DNA of 59,940 bases, taken from contig CAYVFO010000001.1 of assembly GCA_964450975.1 (NCBI GenBank), positions 1-59,940 of the forward strand, given 5' to 3'. The notes under the pieces are model-generated. The model ran no database searches, was not told the DNA's origin, and was given only the letters and a program-made list of their open reading frames with translations. Positions 45,797-54,884 of this stretch are shown one piece after another (within the stretch, counting starts at the first letter, position 1; the number at the start of each line of letters is the position of its first letter). This stretch comes from an uncultured Elusimicrobia bacterium. Lineage in GTDB: Bacteria; Elusimicrobiota; Elusimicrobia; UBA1565; UBA9628. The position numbers were made by a program, and so were the translations under genes.

Positions 45797-48700
45797 ACGC
45801 GGCTTTCTTTTCCCAGCGGCGGGGGGCGATGACCGCGGGGGCGCCGGTGGACTCGATCGTCCAGCAGCGGCCGAGGATCGCCTCGACGCCCTCGAAGAGC
45901 GCCTGATTGAGGACGACGCGCATCTCGGTGTCGAGGACGGCCATGCCCTCGGAGGTCTCCTGCTCGAGGACGACGGGACAGGTGCCGGGGTTCTTCTCGA
46001 AGACGTCGCGCAGCTGCTCGAGCTTCTCCGTTCCGACGGACGGGTCGCACCGGAGGCGCAGGCGCTTGGCAAACTTCGTGACGGACTGGTCGAGCGGGGC
46101 CATCTCGTCGACGATGAGCTCGGCGGTGGCGCCGACGCCGGCCTCCTCGCCCTTGAACGAGAGCCGGCCCGTGACCGCGACGAACGCGCCGACCTTGCCG
46201 AGATTGTTGACGCCCGCGGCGTAGGTCTTCGGGAAGCAGAGCGCCGTGATCTCGCCGGTCAGGTCTTCCAGCGTGCAGATGACCCACGGCTCGCCCGTCT
46301 TCTTCGAGACCATCTTGCGCGTGCGGCTGATCATGCCCGCGAGCCGCACCGGCGTCGTGATCGCGGGCGTGAGCTGCGAGACCTCGTGCGTCGCGGCGGC
46401 CTTGAGCTGGGGCTTCACCGAGAGGAGCGGGTGGCCGGAGAAGTAGAAGCCGAGGACCTCGCGCTCGAAGGCGAGCGTGTCGTGCTCGGACAAGGGCTTC
46501 ACCGCCGGATCGGCCGGCGCGGGCGCGGCGTCGGCGGGCGCGCCCATGAACAGCAGGCCCTGGCCCTTGTCGAGGTCGGCCTTCACCTTCTGCTGGGAGC
46601 CGACGGCGCGGTCGACGGCGGCCAAGAGGCGCGCGCGGGCCGCGTTCGCGGGCTCGCCGGGGCGCAGGCAGTCCATCGCTCCGGCCTTGATGAGCGACTC
46701 GACGCACTTCTTGTTGATCGCGTGCAGGTCGACGCGCGCGCAGAAGTCGTCGATCGACTTGAACGGCTTCTCGCGCGCGGCCGCGACGATCGAGTCGGCG
46801 GCGCCGGAGCCGACGTTCTTGATCGCGAGCAGGCCGAAGCGGACCTCGCCGTTCTGGATGTCGAAGCGCGTCTCGCTCTTGTTGACGTCGGGCGGGAGCA
46901 CCTTGATGCCCATGCGCCGCGTCTCGTCGAGGTACGTGACGAGCTTGTTCTCCTTGTCCTCCGCTCCGATCGACGAGTGGCCGATCTCCGACGTGAGGAC
47001 GGCGGTCATGAACTCGATCGGGTGGTTCGCCTTGAGGTACGCGGTCTGGTAGGCGACGATGCCGTAGGCGACGGTGTGCGACTTGTTGAAGCCGTAGCCG
47101 CCGAACTTCGCCATCTGGTCGTAGATCTTGTTCGCGAGCTTGGGGGCGACCTTGTTGACGGTCGCGCCTTTGACGAACTTCTCGCGCAGCTTCTCGATCT
47201 CCTCGGGGATCTTCTTGCCCATGGCCTTGCGCAGTCCGTCGGCTTCGCCGGGCGTGAAGCCCGCGAGCTTCTTGGAGATCTCCATGACCTGCTCCTGATA
47301 CACCATGCAGCCGTAGGTGTCCTTCAGGATGGGCTCGAGGATCGGATGGTCGTACTTCACTTCCTGGCGGCCGTGCTTGCAGTCGACGAACATGTCGAGC
47401 ATGCCGGACTGCATCGGGCCGGGGCGGAAGAGCGCGATCGCGGACGCGATGTCCTCGAAGGTCGTCGGGCGGATGCGGAAGATGAGGTCGCGCATGCCCT
47501 GCGAGTCGAGCTGGAAGATCGCGAGCGCCTTCGCGGTGCGCAGCAGCTCGTAGGTCTTCTCGTCCCCGTTGGGGATCTTGTCGATGTCGAAGTCCTTGAG
47601 CGGGCCGCGCTTGATGAACTTGACCGCGTCGTCGATGATCGAGAGCGTGCGCAGGCCGAGGAAGTCGACCTTGAGCAGGCCGAGCTTCGGGCACCAGTCG
47701 CCGTCGTACTGCGTCGTGACGACGTCGGACTTCGCGCCCTTGGCGAGCGGCGTGTAGCGGACGACGGGCTCCTTGGTGATGAGCGTGCCGGCCGCGTGGA
47801 CGCCCGTGTGGCGCTTGAGGCCCTCGAGCTTGAGCGAGAGCTCGAGCAGCTGCTTGACCTGCGGGTCCTTCGCGAGCTCCTGCATCTCGGGGCCCTGCAT
47901 CGCCTCGTGCAGGTGGACGTTCGGGCCGGTCGGGATCTTCTTGGCGATCTCGTCGACCTGCATCAGCGGCATGTCCATGACGCGGCCGACGTCGCGCACG
48001 ACGAGCTTCGCGCCGAGGGAGCCGAACGTGATGATCTGCGCCACGCACTCCTTGCCGTACTTCTCGCGCACGTACTGGATGACTTTGTCGCGGCCCGTGT
48101 CGGCGAAGTCGATGTCCAAGTCGGGCATCGACTTGCGGTCGGGGTTGAGGAAGCGCTCGAAGAGCAGGCGGTGCTCGAGCGGGTCGGCGTTGGTGATGCG
48201 CAGCGCGTACGCGACGATCGCGCCGGCGCCGGAGCCGCGGCCGGGGCCGACGGGCACGCCGATCGATCTGGCGTGCTTGATGAAGTCCCAGACGATCAGG
48301 AAGTAGCCCGAGAAGCCCATGCGCCGGATGACGCCGAGCTCGAAGTCGAGGCGCTCCTTGTGCTCGGGCCGGAGGGTCCCGAAGCGCTCCTTGAGGCCCT
48401 CGATGCACAGGTGCTCGAGGTAGGAGTCCTGATTGTAGCCCTCGGGGACCTTGAACTCGGGCAGGAGCATCTGGTCCATCGGGATCTTCACGTTGCACAT
48501 CTCGGCGATCTTGAGCGTGCTCGCGATCGACTCGGGCGCGAACGAGAACAGCTTCGTCATCTGCTCCGGCGACTTGATGTAGAACTCGTGCGTCTCGAAC
48601 TTCAGCCGGTCGGTCTCCGCGAGCTTGCGGCCGGTCGCGATGCAGACGCGCGCGTCGTGGGCCTCGAAGTCGTCGGGCTTGAAGTAGTGGCAGTCGTTCG

Positions 48701-49334
48701 TCGCGACGAGGGGGATCTTCGTGCGGCGGTTGAGCTCGAGGAGCGCCTGCGTGACCTGGCGCTGCTTGTCGAGGCCGTGGTCCATGATCTCGAGGTAGTA
48801 GCTGTCCTGCTCGAGGTTGTCGCGGAACCACGTGACGAGCTTCTCGGCCTGGGTCAGGTCGCCGGCGAGGATCGCCTGGTTGAGCTCGGACTTGAGGCAG
48901 CCCGAGAGCACGACGAGGCCCTTGCTGTGCTTGGCGAGGAGCTCCTTGTCGATGCGCGGGTCGTAGTAGTAGCCCTCCTGGAACGCGATCGAGCAGAGCT
49001 CCATCAGGTTCTGGTAGCCCTCGTAGTTCTTCGCGAGGACCGTCAGGTGGCAGTTCTCTTTCTGGCTGTGGCCGCGGTCGAAGCGCGTGCCCTTCGAGAT
49101 GTACATCTCGCAGCCGATGATCGCCTTGAGGCCGACGGACTTCGCCGCCGAGTAGAACTCGACCGCGCCGTACATGTTGCCGTGGTCGGTGATCGCGAAG
49201 CCCTTCGCGCCCGACTCGGCGAGCGACTTGAGCGCGGGGGAGGCGTTGCCCTTCGCGTCCGTGAGCCTGATGACGCCGTCCATCAGGGAGTACTCGGAGT
49301 GGTTGTGGAGGTGGACGAACTCGGGCTTCGACAT
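45795..49334 (-). CDS. dnaE: DNA polymerase III alpha subunit
   Basis: 1179 aa. PHP domain N-terminus (FVHLHNHSEYSLMDG), polymerase core, and OB/tau-binding C-terminus. No intein. Confidence 0.97.
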   Translation of the reverse strand: MSKPEFVHLHNHSEYSLMDGVIRLTDAKGNASPALKSLAESGAKGFAITDHGNMYGAVEFYSAAKSVGLKAIIGCEMYISKGTRFDRGHSQKENCHLTVLAKNYEGYQNLMELCSIAFQEGYYYDPRIDKELLAKHSKGLVVLSGCLKSELNQAILAGDLTQAEKLVTWFRDNLEQDSYYLEIMDHGLDKQRQVTQALLELNRRTKIPLVATNDCHYFKPDDFEAHDARVCIATGRKLAETDRLKFETHEFYIKSPEQMTKLFSFAPESIASTLKIAEMCNVKIPMDQMLLPEFKVPEGYNQDSYLEHLCIEGLKERFGTLRPEHKERLDFELGVIRRMGFSGYFLIVWDFIKHARSIGVPVGPGRGSGAGAIVAYALRITNADPLEHRLLFERFLNPDRKSMPDLDIDFADTGRDKVIQYVREKYGKECVAQIITFGSLGAKLVVRDVGRVMDMPLMQVDEIAKKIPTGPNVHLHEAMQGPEMQELAKDPQVKQLLELSLKLEGLKRHTGVHAAGTLITKEPVVRYTPLAKGAKSDVVTTQYDGDWCPKLGLLKVDFLGLRTLSIIDDAVKFIKRGPLKDFDIDKIPNGDEKTYELLRTAKALAIFQLDSQGMRDLIFRIRPTTFEDIASAIALFRPGPMQSGMLDMFVDCKHGRQEVKYDHPILEPILKDTYGCMVYQEQVMEISKKLAGFTPGEADGLRKAMGKKIPEEIEKLREKFVKGATVNKVAPKLANKIYDQMAKFGGYGFNKSHTVAYGIVAYQTAYLKANHPIEFMTAVLTSEIGHSSIGAEDKENKLVTYLDETRRMGIKVLPPDVNKSETRFDIQNGEVRFGLLAIKNVGSGAADSIVAAAREKPFKSIDDFCARVDLHAINKKCVESLIKAGAMDCLRPGEPANAARARLLAAVDRAVGSQQKVKADLDKGQGLLFMGAPADAAPAPADPAVKPLSEHDTLAFEREVLGFYFSGHPLLSVKPQLKAAATHEVSQLTPAITTPVRLAGMISRTRKMVSKKTGEPWVICTLEDLTGEITALCFPKTYAAGVNNLGKVGAFVAVTGRLSFKGEEAGVGATAELIVDEMAPLDQSVTKFAKRLRLRCDPSVGTEKLEQLRDVFEKNPGTCPVVLEQETSEGMAVLDTEMRVVLNQALFEGVEAILGRCWTIESTGAPAVIAPRRWEKKAA

Positions 49335-49357
49335 AGGGACCGCTCGGCGGGAGATAC

Positions 49358-49366
49358 ATCATACCA
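49358..49366 (-). promoter_or_regulatory. extended -10 promoter TGgTATGAT for dnaE (~17-nt leader)
   Basis: The minus strand reads CATTTGGTATGATGTATCTCCCGCCGAGCGGTCCCTATG. Confidence 0.45.
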
Positions 49367-49387
49367 AATGCCGTCGGGGGGGCTCTT

Positions 49388-49396
49388 TGCTACAAT
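49388..49396 (+). promoter_or_regulatory. extended -10 promoter TGcTACAAT 8 nt upstream of the Nudix ATG (leaderless candidate)
   Basis: The plus strand reads TTTGCTACAATCGGCCCCGATG. Confidence 0.5.
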
Positions 49397-49404
49397 CGGC
49401 CCCG

Positions 49405-49950
49405 ATGGCCAGAAACGACAAGGGCTTGATCGAGACCTTCGTCAGCAAGAAGACCGTCTGGAAGGGCCGCGCGGTCAACTTCGACGTCGACACCGTGCGC
49501 CTGCCCAACGGCAAGCACGCGACCCGCGAGTTCATGAACCATCCCGGCGCCGCCGGCGTGGTTCCGTTCCTCGACAGGGACACGATCGTCCTCGTCCGCC
49601 AGTACCGCTACCCCGTCCGCGAGGTCACGCTCGAGCTGCCCGCCGGCAAGCTCGACCCGGGCGAGAGCCCGCTCGTCTGCCTCAAGCGCGAGCTCAAGGA
49701 AGAGACCGGCTTCACCGCGGCGAAGTTCAAGCCGCTCATCAAATACTGGCCGACGCCCGCCTTCGCCGACGAGGTCCTGCACCTCTACGTCGCGACCGGG
49801 CTCAAGAAAGGCGAGGTGAACGCCGACGACGACGAGTTCATCGAGAGCGTCGTCATGCCGTTCAGAAAGGCGCTCGACCTCGTGAAGACCGGCAAGATCC
49901 GCGACTCGAAGACCGTCGTGGGCCTGCTCGCCTGCGCCGTGAAGCGATGA
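49405..49950 (+). CDS. nudF: Nudix hydrolase, ADP-ribose pyrophosphatase-like
   Basis: 181 aa. Nudix box GKLDPGESPLVCLKRELKEETGF. The N-terminal beta domain is typical of ADPRases. Confidence 0.8.
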   Translation: MARNDKGLIETFVSKKTVWKGRAVNFDVDTVRLPNGKHATREFMNHPGAAGVVPFLDRDTIVLVRQYRYPVREVTLELPAGKLDPGESPLVCLKRELKEETGFTAAKFKPLIKYWPTPAFADEVLHLYVATGLKKGEVNADDDEFIESVVMPFRKALDLVKTGKIRDSKTVVGLLACAVKR

Positions 49951-51995
49951 GCCAGCCCGCCGAGGAACACTCGTGGGAAGCGTTCCTCAAGCGCACGCCG
50001 CTGTTCTCCGGCCTCTCGGCTGAAGACCTCGGCAAGCTCTCCGCCCGCCTCCAGCTCCTGTCGCTGCCCAAAGGCGCCACGCTCTTCAAGCAGGGCGACG
50101 AGTCCGACGCGCTCTACCTGATCGTCTCCGGCCACGCGCGCCGCTACCGCGTCCGCGACGGGCACGAGGCGCTCGTCGCCTACCTCGGCCGCGGCGACGT
50201 CGTCGGCGAGACGGGCCTGCTCACCGGCGCGCCCCGCTCCTCGACGGTGCGCGTCGACGCCACCTCCGAGATCCTCAAGCTGCCCAGAAAAGACTTCGAG
50301 GACGTGCTGCGCGTCCATCCGACGGTGATGCTGCACCTCTCGCGCACGCTCGCCTCGCGCCTCATCGACCAGGGCGGCGCGATCGGGGCGTCCGGAACGC
50401 AGGTGCGCACCTCCGAGAGCCACCGGCTGGTGGCGCTCGAGTGCGCGCTGCCGCGCGCCGAGCGCGCGCTCGTCGCGTGGAAGCTCGGCAGCGAGCTCGC
50501 CGCGCAGACGCGCAAGCGCGTCTTGATCGTCGACCTCTCGCCCGAGCCCGGCGAGATCGCGCGCGCCGCCGGCCTCAAGGCCTCGCCCGTCGCCGAGATG
50601 GGCCTCCGGTCCGCGAACTTGCGCGACCCCGGCGTCCTCGCCGCGCTCGCGCAGGAGCACGCCTCCGGCGTGCGCGTCTTGTCGGTGTCGCCCGCGACGC
50701 TCGGCGGCCGCCCCTTCGGACAGCTCTATCTCTTCCTCAACGCCGTGCGCGACAGCCACGACCTCTCGCTCGTCGTGCTCGGCGGCCCGCGCGCCGACGT
50801 CGAGCGCGCGGCTCTCGCCGAGGCGGACCTGATCCTCATGGCCGGCTGCGACGCGATGCGCCCGCAGTACCGCCACATGGAGGTCGAGGTCCCGCCGCTC
50901 GCCGAGGCGCCGAGCCGCCTGCTGCGCGTCTGGGTCGGCGACCTCGAGCCCGAGGACGCGCCGCTGCTCGTCGGCAGCGAGCGCATCATGGTCCCGTGGA
51001 GCGAGGACGCGACCGAGGCGTACGCGCGCGAGGGGAAGTCCTCCGCCGCCTACGACGCCGAGCCCAAGGCCGGCAAGGCGCTCGCTCGATTGGCGCGCCG
51101 CATCGGCGGCGTGCAGGTGGGCCTGGCCCTCGGCACCGGCGCCGCGCTCGGCCACGCGACGATCGGCGTGCTCAAGGTTCTCAAGCGCGAGGGCGTGCCC
51201 GTCGACCTCATCGCGGGAACCTCGATGGGCTCGCTCATCGCCGGCTGCTACGCCGCGGGCTACGAGCCCGAGGAGATCGAGGAGCTCGCGCTCAAGATCG
51301 ACAAGGCGTGGGTGTACGAGAACCTGTTCTGGGACATCACCGTGCCGCGCTCGGGCATCTTCGCGGGCGAGACGCTTCTGCGCTTCATCCGCTCGTACAT
51401 GGGCTCGCGCGAGTTCTCCGACATGGAGATCCCGTTCGCGTGCGTCGCCGCCGACATCGAGACCGGCGAGGAGGTCGTGCTGAAGCGGGGCCCGGTGGCC
51501 GACTCGATCCGCGCTTCGTGCGGCCTGCCGCTCATCTACGAGCCGATCCAGCTCTCCGGCCGCTGGCTCGTCGACGGCGGCCTGGTCAACCCGGTGCCGA
51601 CGCGCGTCATCGCGGACATGGGCGCCGACATCCTGCTCGCCGTCAACCTCACGATGCCCGCGAGCGAGCGCAAGACCGATCTGGCCGCCCGCCACGCCGC
51701 GCGCCTGCTCGACCAGCCGCTCTCGCTCGAGACGCTCAAGCGCGCCGCGGGCCCGATCCTGCCGAAGGCCTTCCGCGCCCCGAACTTCCTCGAGGTCTTC
51801 TTCCAGATGATCTACACGATGGAGTACGAGGTCGCGCAGTCGCGCCTCGACATGGCGCACGTCACGATGTTCCCCGACCTCAAGGGCTTCTCGTGGACCG
51901 AGCTGCACCGGGCCGGCGAGATCATCGCCGCGGGCGAGCGCGCGGCCGAAGAGGCGCTGCCCCGGCTGAAGGCGCTGATCCCGGCCTTGAAGTAG
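49947..51995 (+). CDS. cyclic-nucleotide-binding domain / central degenerate P-loop-NTPase-like domain / patatin-like phospholipase fusion
   Basis: 682 aa (3' end of the artefactual 2296-aa track ORF). The cNMP-binding fold reads FKQGDESDALYLIVSG...GDVVGETGLL. The patatin domain has GTGAALGHA, GTSMG and VDGG. ATGA overlap with the Nudix stop. Confidence 0.85.
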   Translation: MSQPAEEHSWEAFLKRTPLFSGLSAEDLGKLSARLQLLSLPKGATLFKQGDESDALYLIVSGHARRYRVRDGHEALVAYLGRGDVVGETGLLTGAPRSSTVRVDATSEILKLPRKDFEDVLRVHPTVMLHLSRTLASRLIDQGGAIGASGTQVRTSESHRLVALECALPRAERALVAWKLGSELAAQTRKRVLIVDLSPEPGEIARAAGLKASPVAEMGLRSANLRDPGVLAALAQEHASGVRVLSVSPATLGGRPFGQLYLFLNAVRDSHDLSLVVLGGPRADVERAALAEADLILMAGCDAMRPQYRHMEVEVPPLAEAPSRLLRVWVGDLEPEDAPLLVGSERIMVPWSEDATEAYAREGKSSAAYDAEPKAGKALARLARRIGGVQVGLALGTGAALGHATIGVLKVLKREGVPVDLIAGTSMGSLIAGCYAAGYEPEEIEELALKIDKAWVYENLFWDITVPRSGIFAGETLLRFIRSYMGSREFSDMEIPFACVAADIETGEEVVLKRGPVADSIRASCGLPLIYEPIQLSGRWLVDGGLVNPVPTRVIADMGADILLAVNLTMPASERKTDLAARHAARLLDQPLSLETLKRAAGPILPKAFRAPNFLEVFFQMIYTMEYEVAQSRLDMAHVTMFPDLKGFSWTELHRAGEIIAAGERAAEEALPRLKALIPALK

Positions 51996-51999
51996 AGTA

Positions 52000-52055
52000 G
52001 GGTGTCAGGCCTGAAGTTCTGAAGTTAAAACCTCAGAACCTCAGGCCTGACACCC
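52000..52055. terminator. long hairpin between convergent genes (27-bp stem, 2-nt loop); bidirectional terminator candidate
   Basis: GGGTGTCAGGCCTGAAGTTCTGAAGTT-AA-AACCTCAGAACCTCAGGCCTGACACCC. There are only two non-Watson-Crick positions, which would be G-U pairs on one strand. Confidence 0.7.
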
Positions 52056-52060
52056 AATCG

Positions 52061-53620
52061 TCAGTCGACGAAGGTGCGGGCGCGCTCGACGTCGCCCTGG
52101 GCGATCAGCGCGAACGCGTTGAGCGAGCGGGACAGGCGGCCGCGGCGGCGGGAGACTTCCTTCGCGTACGAAGTGCTCGACGCGTACTTCACCGCGAGGT
52201 TGTCGAGGATCTCTCGCCAGCGGGCCTGCTTGTGCACGGCTTCCGCGACCTTGAAGGGCACGACGCGGTAGTCGGCGATGTCGCGCGAGAGAGTCTTGCG
52301 GAGCGCCTGATTGTCGGCGATCGCCTTCTCGATGAGAGGGACCCGCGAGAGCCAATCCTCGCGCTCGAGCGCGGCGATGCCGGCGAGCGCGTTGGCCCTG
52401 AGGGTTTCGAGCCGCGTCTTATAGCCCTCGCCGCGGAGCTTGTAGGCGGCTTTCGCCGGCGCGGGCGCGGGCACGGCGTCGATCGCGGCGAGCAGCTCGG
52501 GCGTGAGGAAGCCCTCGTCGTTCTCGACGCGGCCGAGCTCCTCCTCGAGGGCCGCCGCGGTGAGCCAGCGCGCGGCCTCGCGCTGCCGGCCGCCGAGCTC
52601 GACGAGCAGGCGCTTGGAGATGGCGTTGGGGTCCTTCGCCGCGGCGGCGGCGGACTCGAAGGCGTCGAGGGCGGCCTTCGCCTTGGCGATCGCCGCGGCG
52701 CGCGAGGAGAAGCGCTTCGGGAGCTTGTCGGCCGGGACCCGCGCGAGCAGCCGGGCCTCGAGGCCGGGGTCCTGCCAGTCGCGCGCGCCGAGCGTCACGC
52801 CCCCGAGAGCGGCGAGCTGATTGATCCGCTCGCGCCGCATCCGCTCCTCGAGATTGCCGAGGTCGTACTTGAGGCCGAACGCGGGATACGACAACGTCGC
52901 GTGGTCGAGCTTGCCCGTCTCGATCAAGAGCGGCGCGCCCGGCGGGCGGCGCTGGTTGAGCGAGCTCTGGAACGCCATGAGCTGCGGCGAGTAGCCGCGG
53001 ATGTTGCCCGCCGACAGGCGGTCGTAGAAGGAGTTCGCGAGCGCGGGCGCGGCCTGCGAGCCGGGCGGCGCCCCGCCCTTGTCCGCCGACCCCGTGACCG
53101 TGCGCTCGGACTGAGAGCCCTTGCCCTCGAAGAGATTCTTGAGCATCTCGCGGCGCTGCTCGTCGCTGACGTCCTCGTCGGCGCCTTTGATGGTCTTCGA
53201 CTTGCGCGCGGCGTCCTTGAGCACGCCGTACGCGCCGCGGCCGTCGTTGTTGCGCGTGTACGTCTTGGAGAGCTGCTTATAAAGGGAGTTCTCGAAGAGC
53301 ATGTTGCCGTTCGCGTCGTCCTTGGCGAAGCCCAGGGCCAAGTCCGCGGCGCCGCCCAAGTCGGCGTTGACCCACTGGCGGATCTCGGCGTTGCGGCGCT
53401 CGACGTTGAGCTCCTTGGAAATCACGTTGCCGATGCGCGAGCGGGAGATGCGCTCGACGAGCGCCTCGACCAAGCCCGGGTCGCTCTCGAGCTGGCGGCG
53501 CATCTCGGCCGACGCCGCGCTCTGGTCGCCGTCGACCGCCTGGCCCTCCGTCTGCTCGGTCGGCACGTCCTGGGCGCGCGCGCCGCACGCGAGCAGCAGG
53601 GCGAGCGCCAGGAGCCTCAT
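52061..53620 (-). CDS. secreted, largely alpha-helical protein of unknown function
   Basis: 519 aa with signal peptide MRLLALALLLACGARAQ. High GC3 and an ATGA overlap with the upstream gene. One segment (LMAFQSSLNQRRPPGAPLLIETGKLDHATL) faintly resembles a peptidoglycan-binding repeat. Confidence 0.6.
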   Translation of the reverse strand: MRLLALALLLACGARAQDVPTEQTEGQAVDGDQSAASAEMRRQLESDPGLVEALVERISRSRIGNVISKELNVERRNAEIRQWVNADLGGAADLALGFAKDDANGNMLFENSLYKQLSKTYTRNNDGRGAYGVLKDAARKSKTIKGADEDVSDEQRREMLKNLFEGKGSQSERTVTGSADKGGAPPGSQAAPALANSFYDRLSAGNIRGYSPQLMAFQSSLNQRRPPGAPLLIETGKLDHATLSYPAFGLKYDLGNLEERMRRERINQLAALGGVTLGARDWQDPGLEARLLARVPADKLPKRFSSRAAAIAKAKAALDAFESAAAAAKDPNAISKRLLVELGGRQREAARWLTAAALEEELGRVENDEGFLTPELLAAIDAVPAPAPAKAAYKLRGEGYKTRLETLRANALAGIAALEREDWLSRVPLIEKAIADNQALRKTLSRDIADYRVVPFKVAEAVHKQARWREILDNLAVKYASSTSYAKEVSRRRGRLSRSLNAFALIAQGDVERARTFVD

Positions 53621-54468
53621 CGCGGGCGCCCCGAGGGAGCGGCGTTCGGCAGATCGGGGGACGGGGCTTTCGCCGGCTCGGACGCCGGAGCCGCGGACTT
53701 GGCCGGCGACGAAGTGGTCTCAGGCTGCGCCTTCGACTCCGCCGCGGCCTTCGCGGCGGCGGCATCCTCGGCGAAGGAGAACACCGCGCGCCGGCCGGAG
53801 CGGACCACGCCGTCGTCGCCGATGCGCGCGAGGCCCAAAGTGAGCTCCTGCGTCTCGATGTCCTTGCGCGTCTTCGTCCACAAATCCATGAAGGTGTGCG
53901 TGTCGCTCTTGTCGGGCACGGCCCAGCGCGCCATCGCGTAGCGGCCGCCGGGGGCGAGCCCGATCTGCACGAGCTTGGGGAACGCGCCGATTTTCATGAT
54001 GACGCCGCCCGTCCAGTCGCGCGCCTCGACGTTCCACGCCTCGCCGCCGCGCTTGGCGATCAAGACCACCTTCGAGTCGTTCGAGAACGCGACGGGCTCG
54101 CCCTTCTCGGGCCAGTCCGTCTCGTCGTCGGTGAAGAGAGTCTGGCCCGTCGAGCCGTGGATGCGGAGCGTCCGGCGCGACTCGAGCAGCTTCGCGCGCG
54201 AGGGGTTGTAGGTCATCTTGCGGTCGAGCGTCCACGCCGCGCGGCCGTCGGGCGACGGCTCGCCGGCGACCTCGCTCGTGACCGGGCCGCGGTCCTCGCG
54301 CGTGAGCCCGATCTCGCCGGTGAGGTTTCCCTCCTGGTCGTAGAGCACGAGCGAGCGGCCCTGGCGCGACCAGCCCGGAGTGGAGCGCGACGTCGCCATG
54401 TCGGGCAGAGCGGGAGCCGCCGCGAGGGCGGAGCCGGCCAGCAGGACGGCGGCGAGCGCGCGGATCAC
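53617..54468 (-). CDS. secreted protein with PD40/TolB-like beta-propeller-type repeats and Ala/Pro/Ser-rich tail
   Basis: 283 aa. GTG start overlaps the upstream stop (GTGA). Signal peptide present. Repeated SPDGR / SNDSK / APGGR turns. Confidence 0.5.
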   Translation of the reverse strand: MIRALAAVLLAGSALAAAPALPDMATSRSTPGWSRQGRSLVLYDQEGNLTGEIGLTREDRGPVTSEVAGEPSPDGRAAWTLDRKMTYNPSRAKLLESRRTLRIHGSTGQTLFTDDETDWPEKGEPVAFSNDSKVVLIAKRGGEAWNVEARDWTGGVIMKIGAFPKLVQIGLAPGGRYAMARWAVPDKSDTHTFMDLWTKTRKDIETQELTLGLARIGDDGVVRSGRRAVFSFAEDAAAAKAAAESKAQPETTSSPAKSAAPASEPAKAPSPDLPNAAPSGRPR

Positions 54469-54884
54469 TTCGAGACGGCCTCCACGACGACTTCGCCGCG
54501 CGGGCGGGGGAACGCGCGGACCTTCCACGGCTGCGTGAAGGCCTGCGTGACGAAGGCGTCCGGCGGCGGGCCTTTGACGCGGTACTTCACCTTCATGCCG
54601 CCGTCGCGCGCGGGGATCGGGTCGAGGAACTCGACGGTCCAGCCGCCCGTCGGGCGCTCGCCCGCGAAGACGATGACCGCGACGCTCTTCTTGAAGTCGA
54701 AGGCGGGCGCGTCCTGGCCCAGGCGGACCCAAAGGATCTCCCACGCCTTCGAGTCGGCGATGACCTGATGCTCGACGGTCATCGAGCCGTTCTGCGCGCC
54801 TTTCCACTCCATGGGCTTCTCCAATTTCTTCTTGGCGGCGGCGGGGCCGGCGAGCAGCAGCGCGGCGATCAAGGCTCTAATCAT
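54465..54884 (-). CDS. PrcB-C-terminal-domain-like secreted protein
   Basis: 139 aa with a signal peptide. The block WEILW...FDFKKSVAVIVFAGERPTGGWTVEF matches my recollection of the PrcB_C family pattern. Its start overlaps the tldD 3' end by 8 nt. Confidence 0.5.
   Translation of the reverse strand: MIRALIAALLLAGPAAAKKKLEKPMEWKGAQNGSMTVEHQVIADSKAWEILWVRLGQDAPAFDFKKSVAVIVFAGERPTGGWTVEFLDPIPARDGGMKVKYRVKGPPPDAFVTQAFTQPWKVRAFPRPRGEVVVEAVSK

Noticed and set aside
45418-49362. A 1314-aa minus-strand ORF overlapping dnaE.
   Set aside because: It is the off-frame shadow of the genuine dnaE frame (45795-49334). The product is Arg/Pro/Gly-rich with no domain signatures, whereas the dnaE frame has unmistakable PHP and polymerase motifs.
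45105-51995. A 2296-aa ORF on the plus strand, the longest in the track.
   Set aside because: It is an artefact of high GC content. The frame stays open antisense to the response-regulator gene, through the repeat element and antisense to dnaE. Its translation there is Arg/Gly/Asp/Leu-rich junk. Only the last 682 aa, from the ATG at 49947, form a real protein (cNMP-binding patatin).
49947-51995. The patatin effector as part of a CBASS-like anti-phage system. The second patatin at 40436-41392 was considered too.
   Set aside because: No CD-NTase/cyclase, no Cap accessory genes and no mobile-element context are nearby. The cNMP-domain-patatin architecture resembles housekeeping NTE/RssA-like proteins. 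The second patatin is a secreted enzyme inside a housekeeping array.
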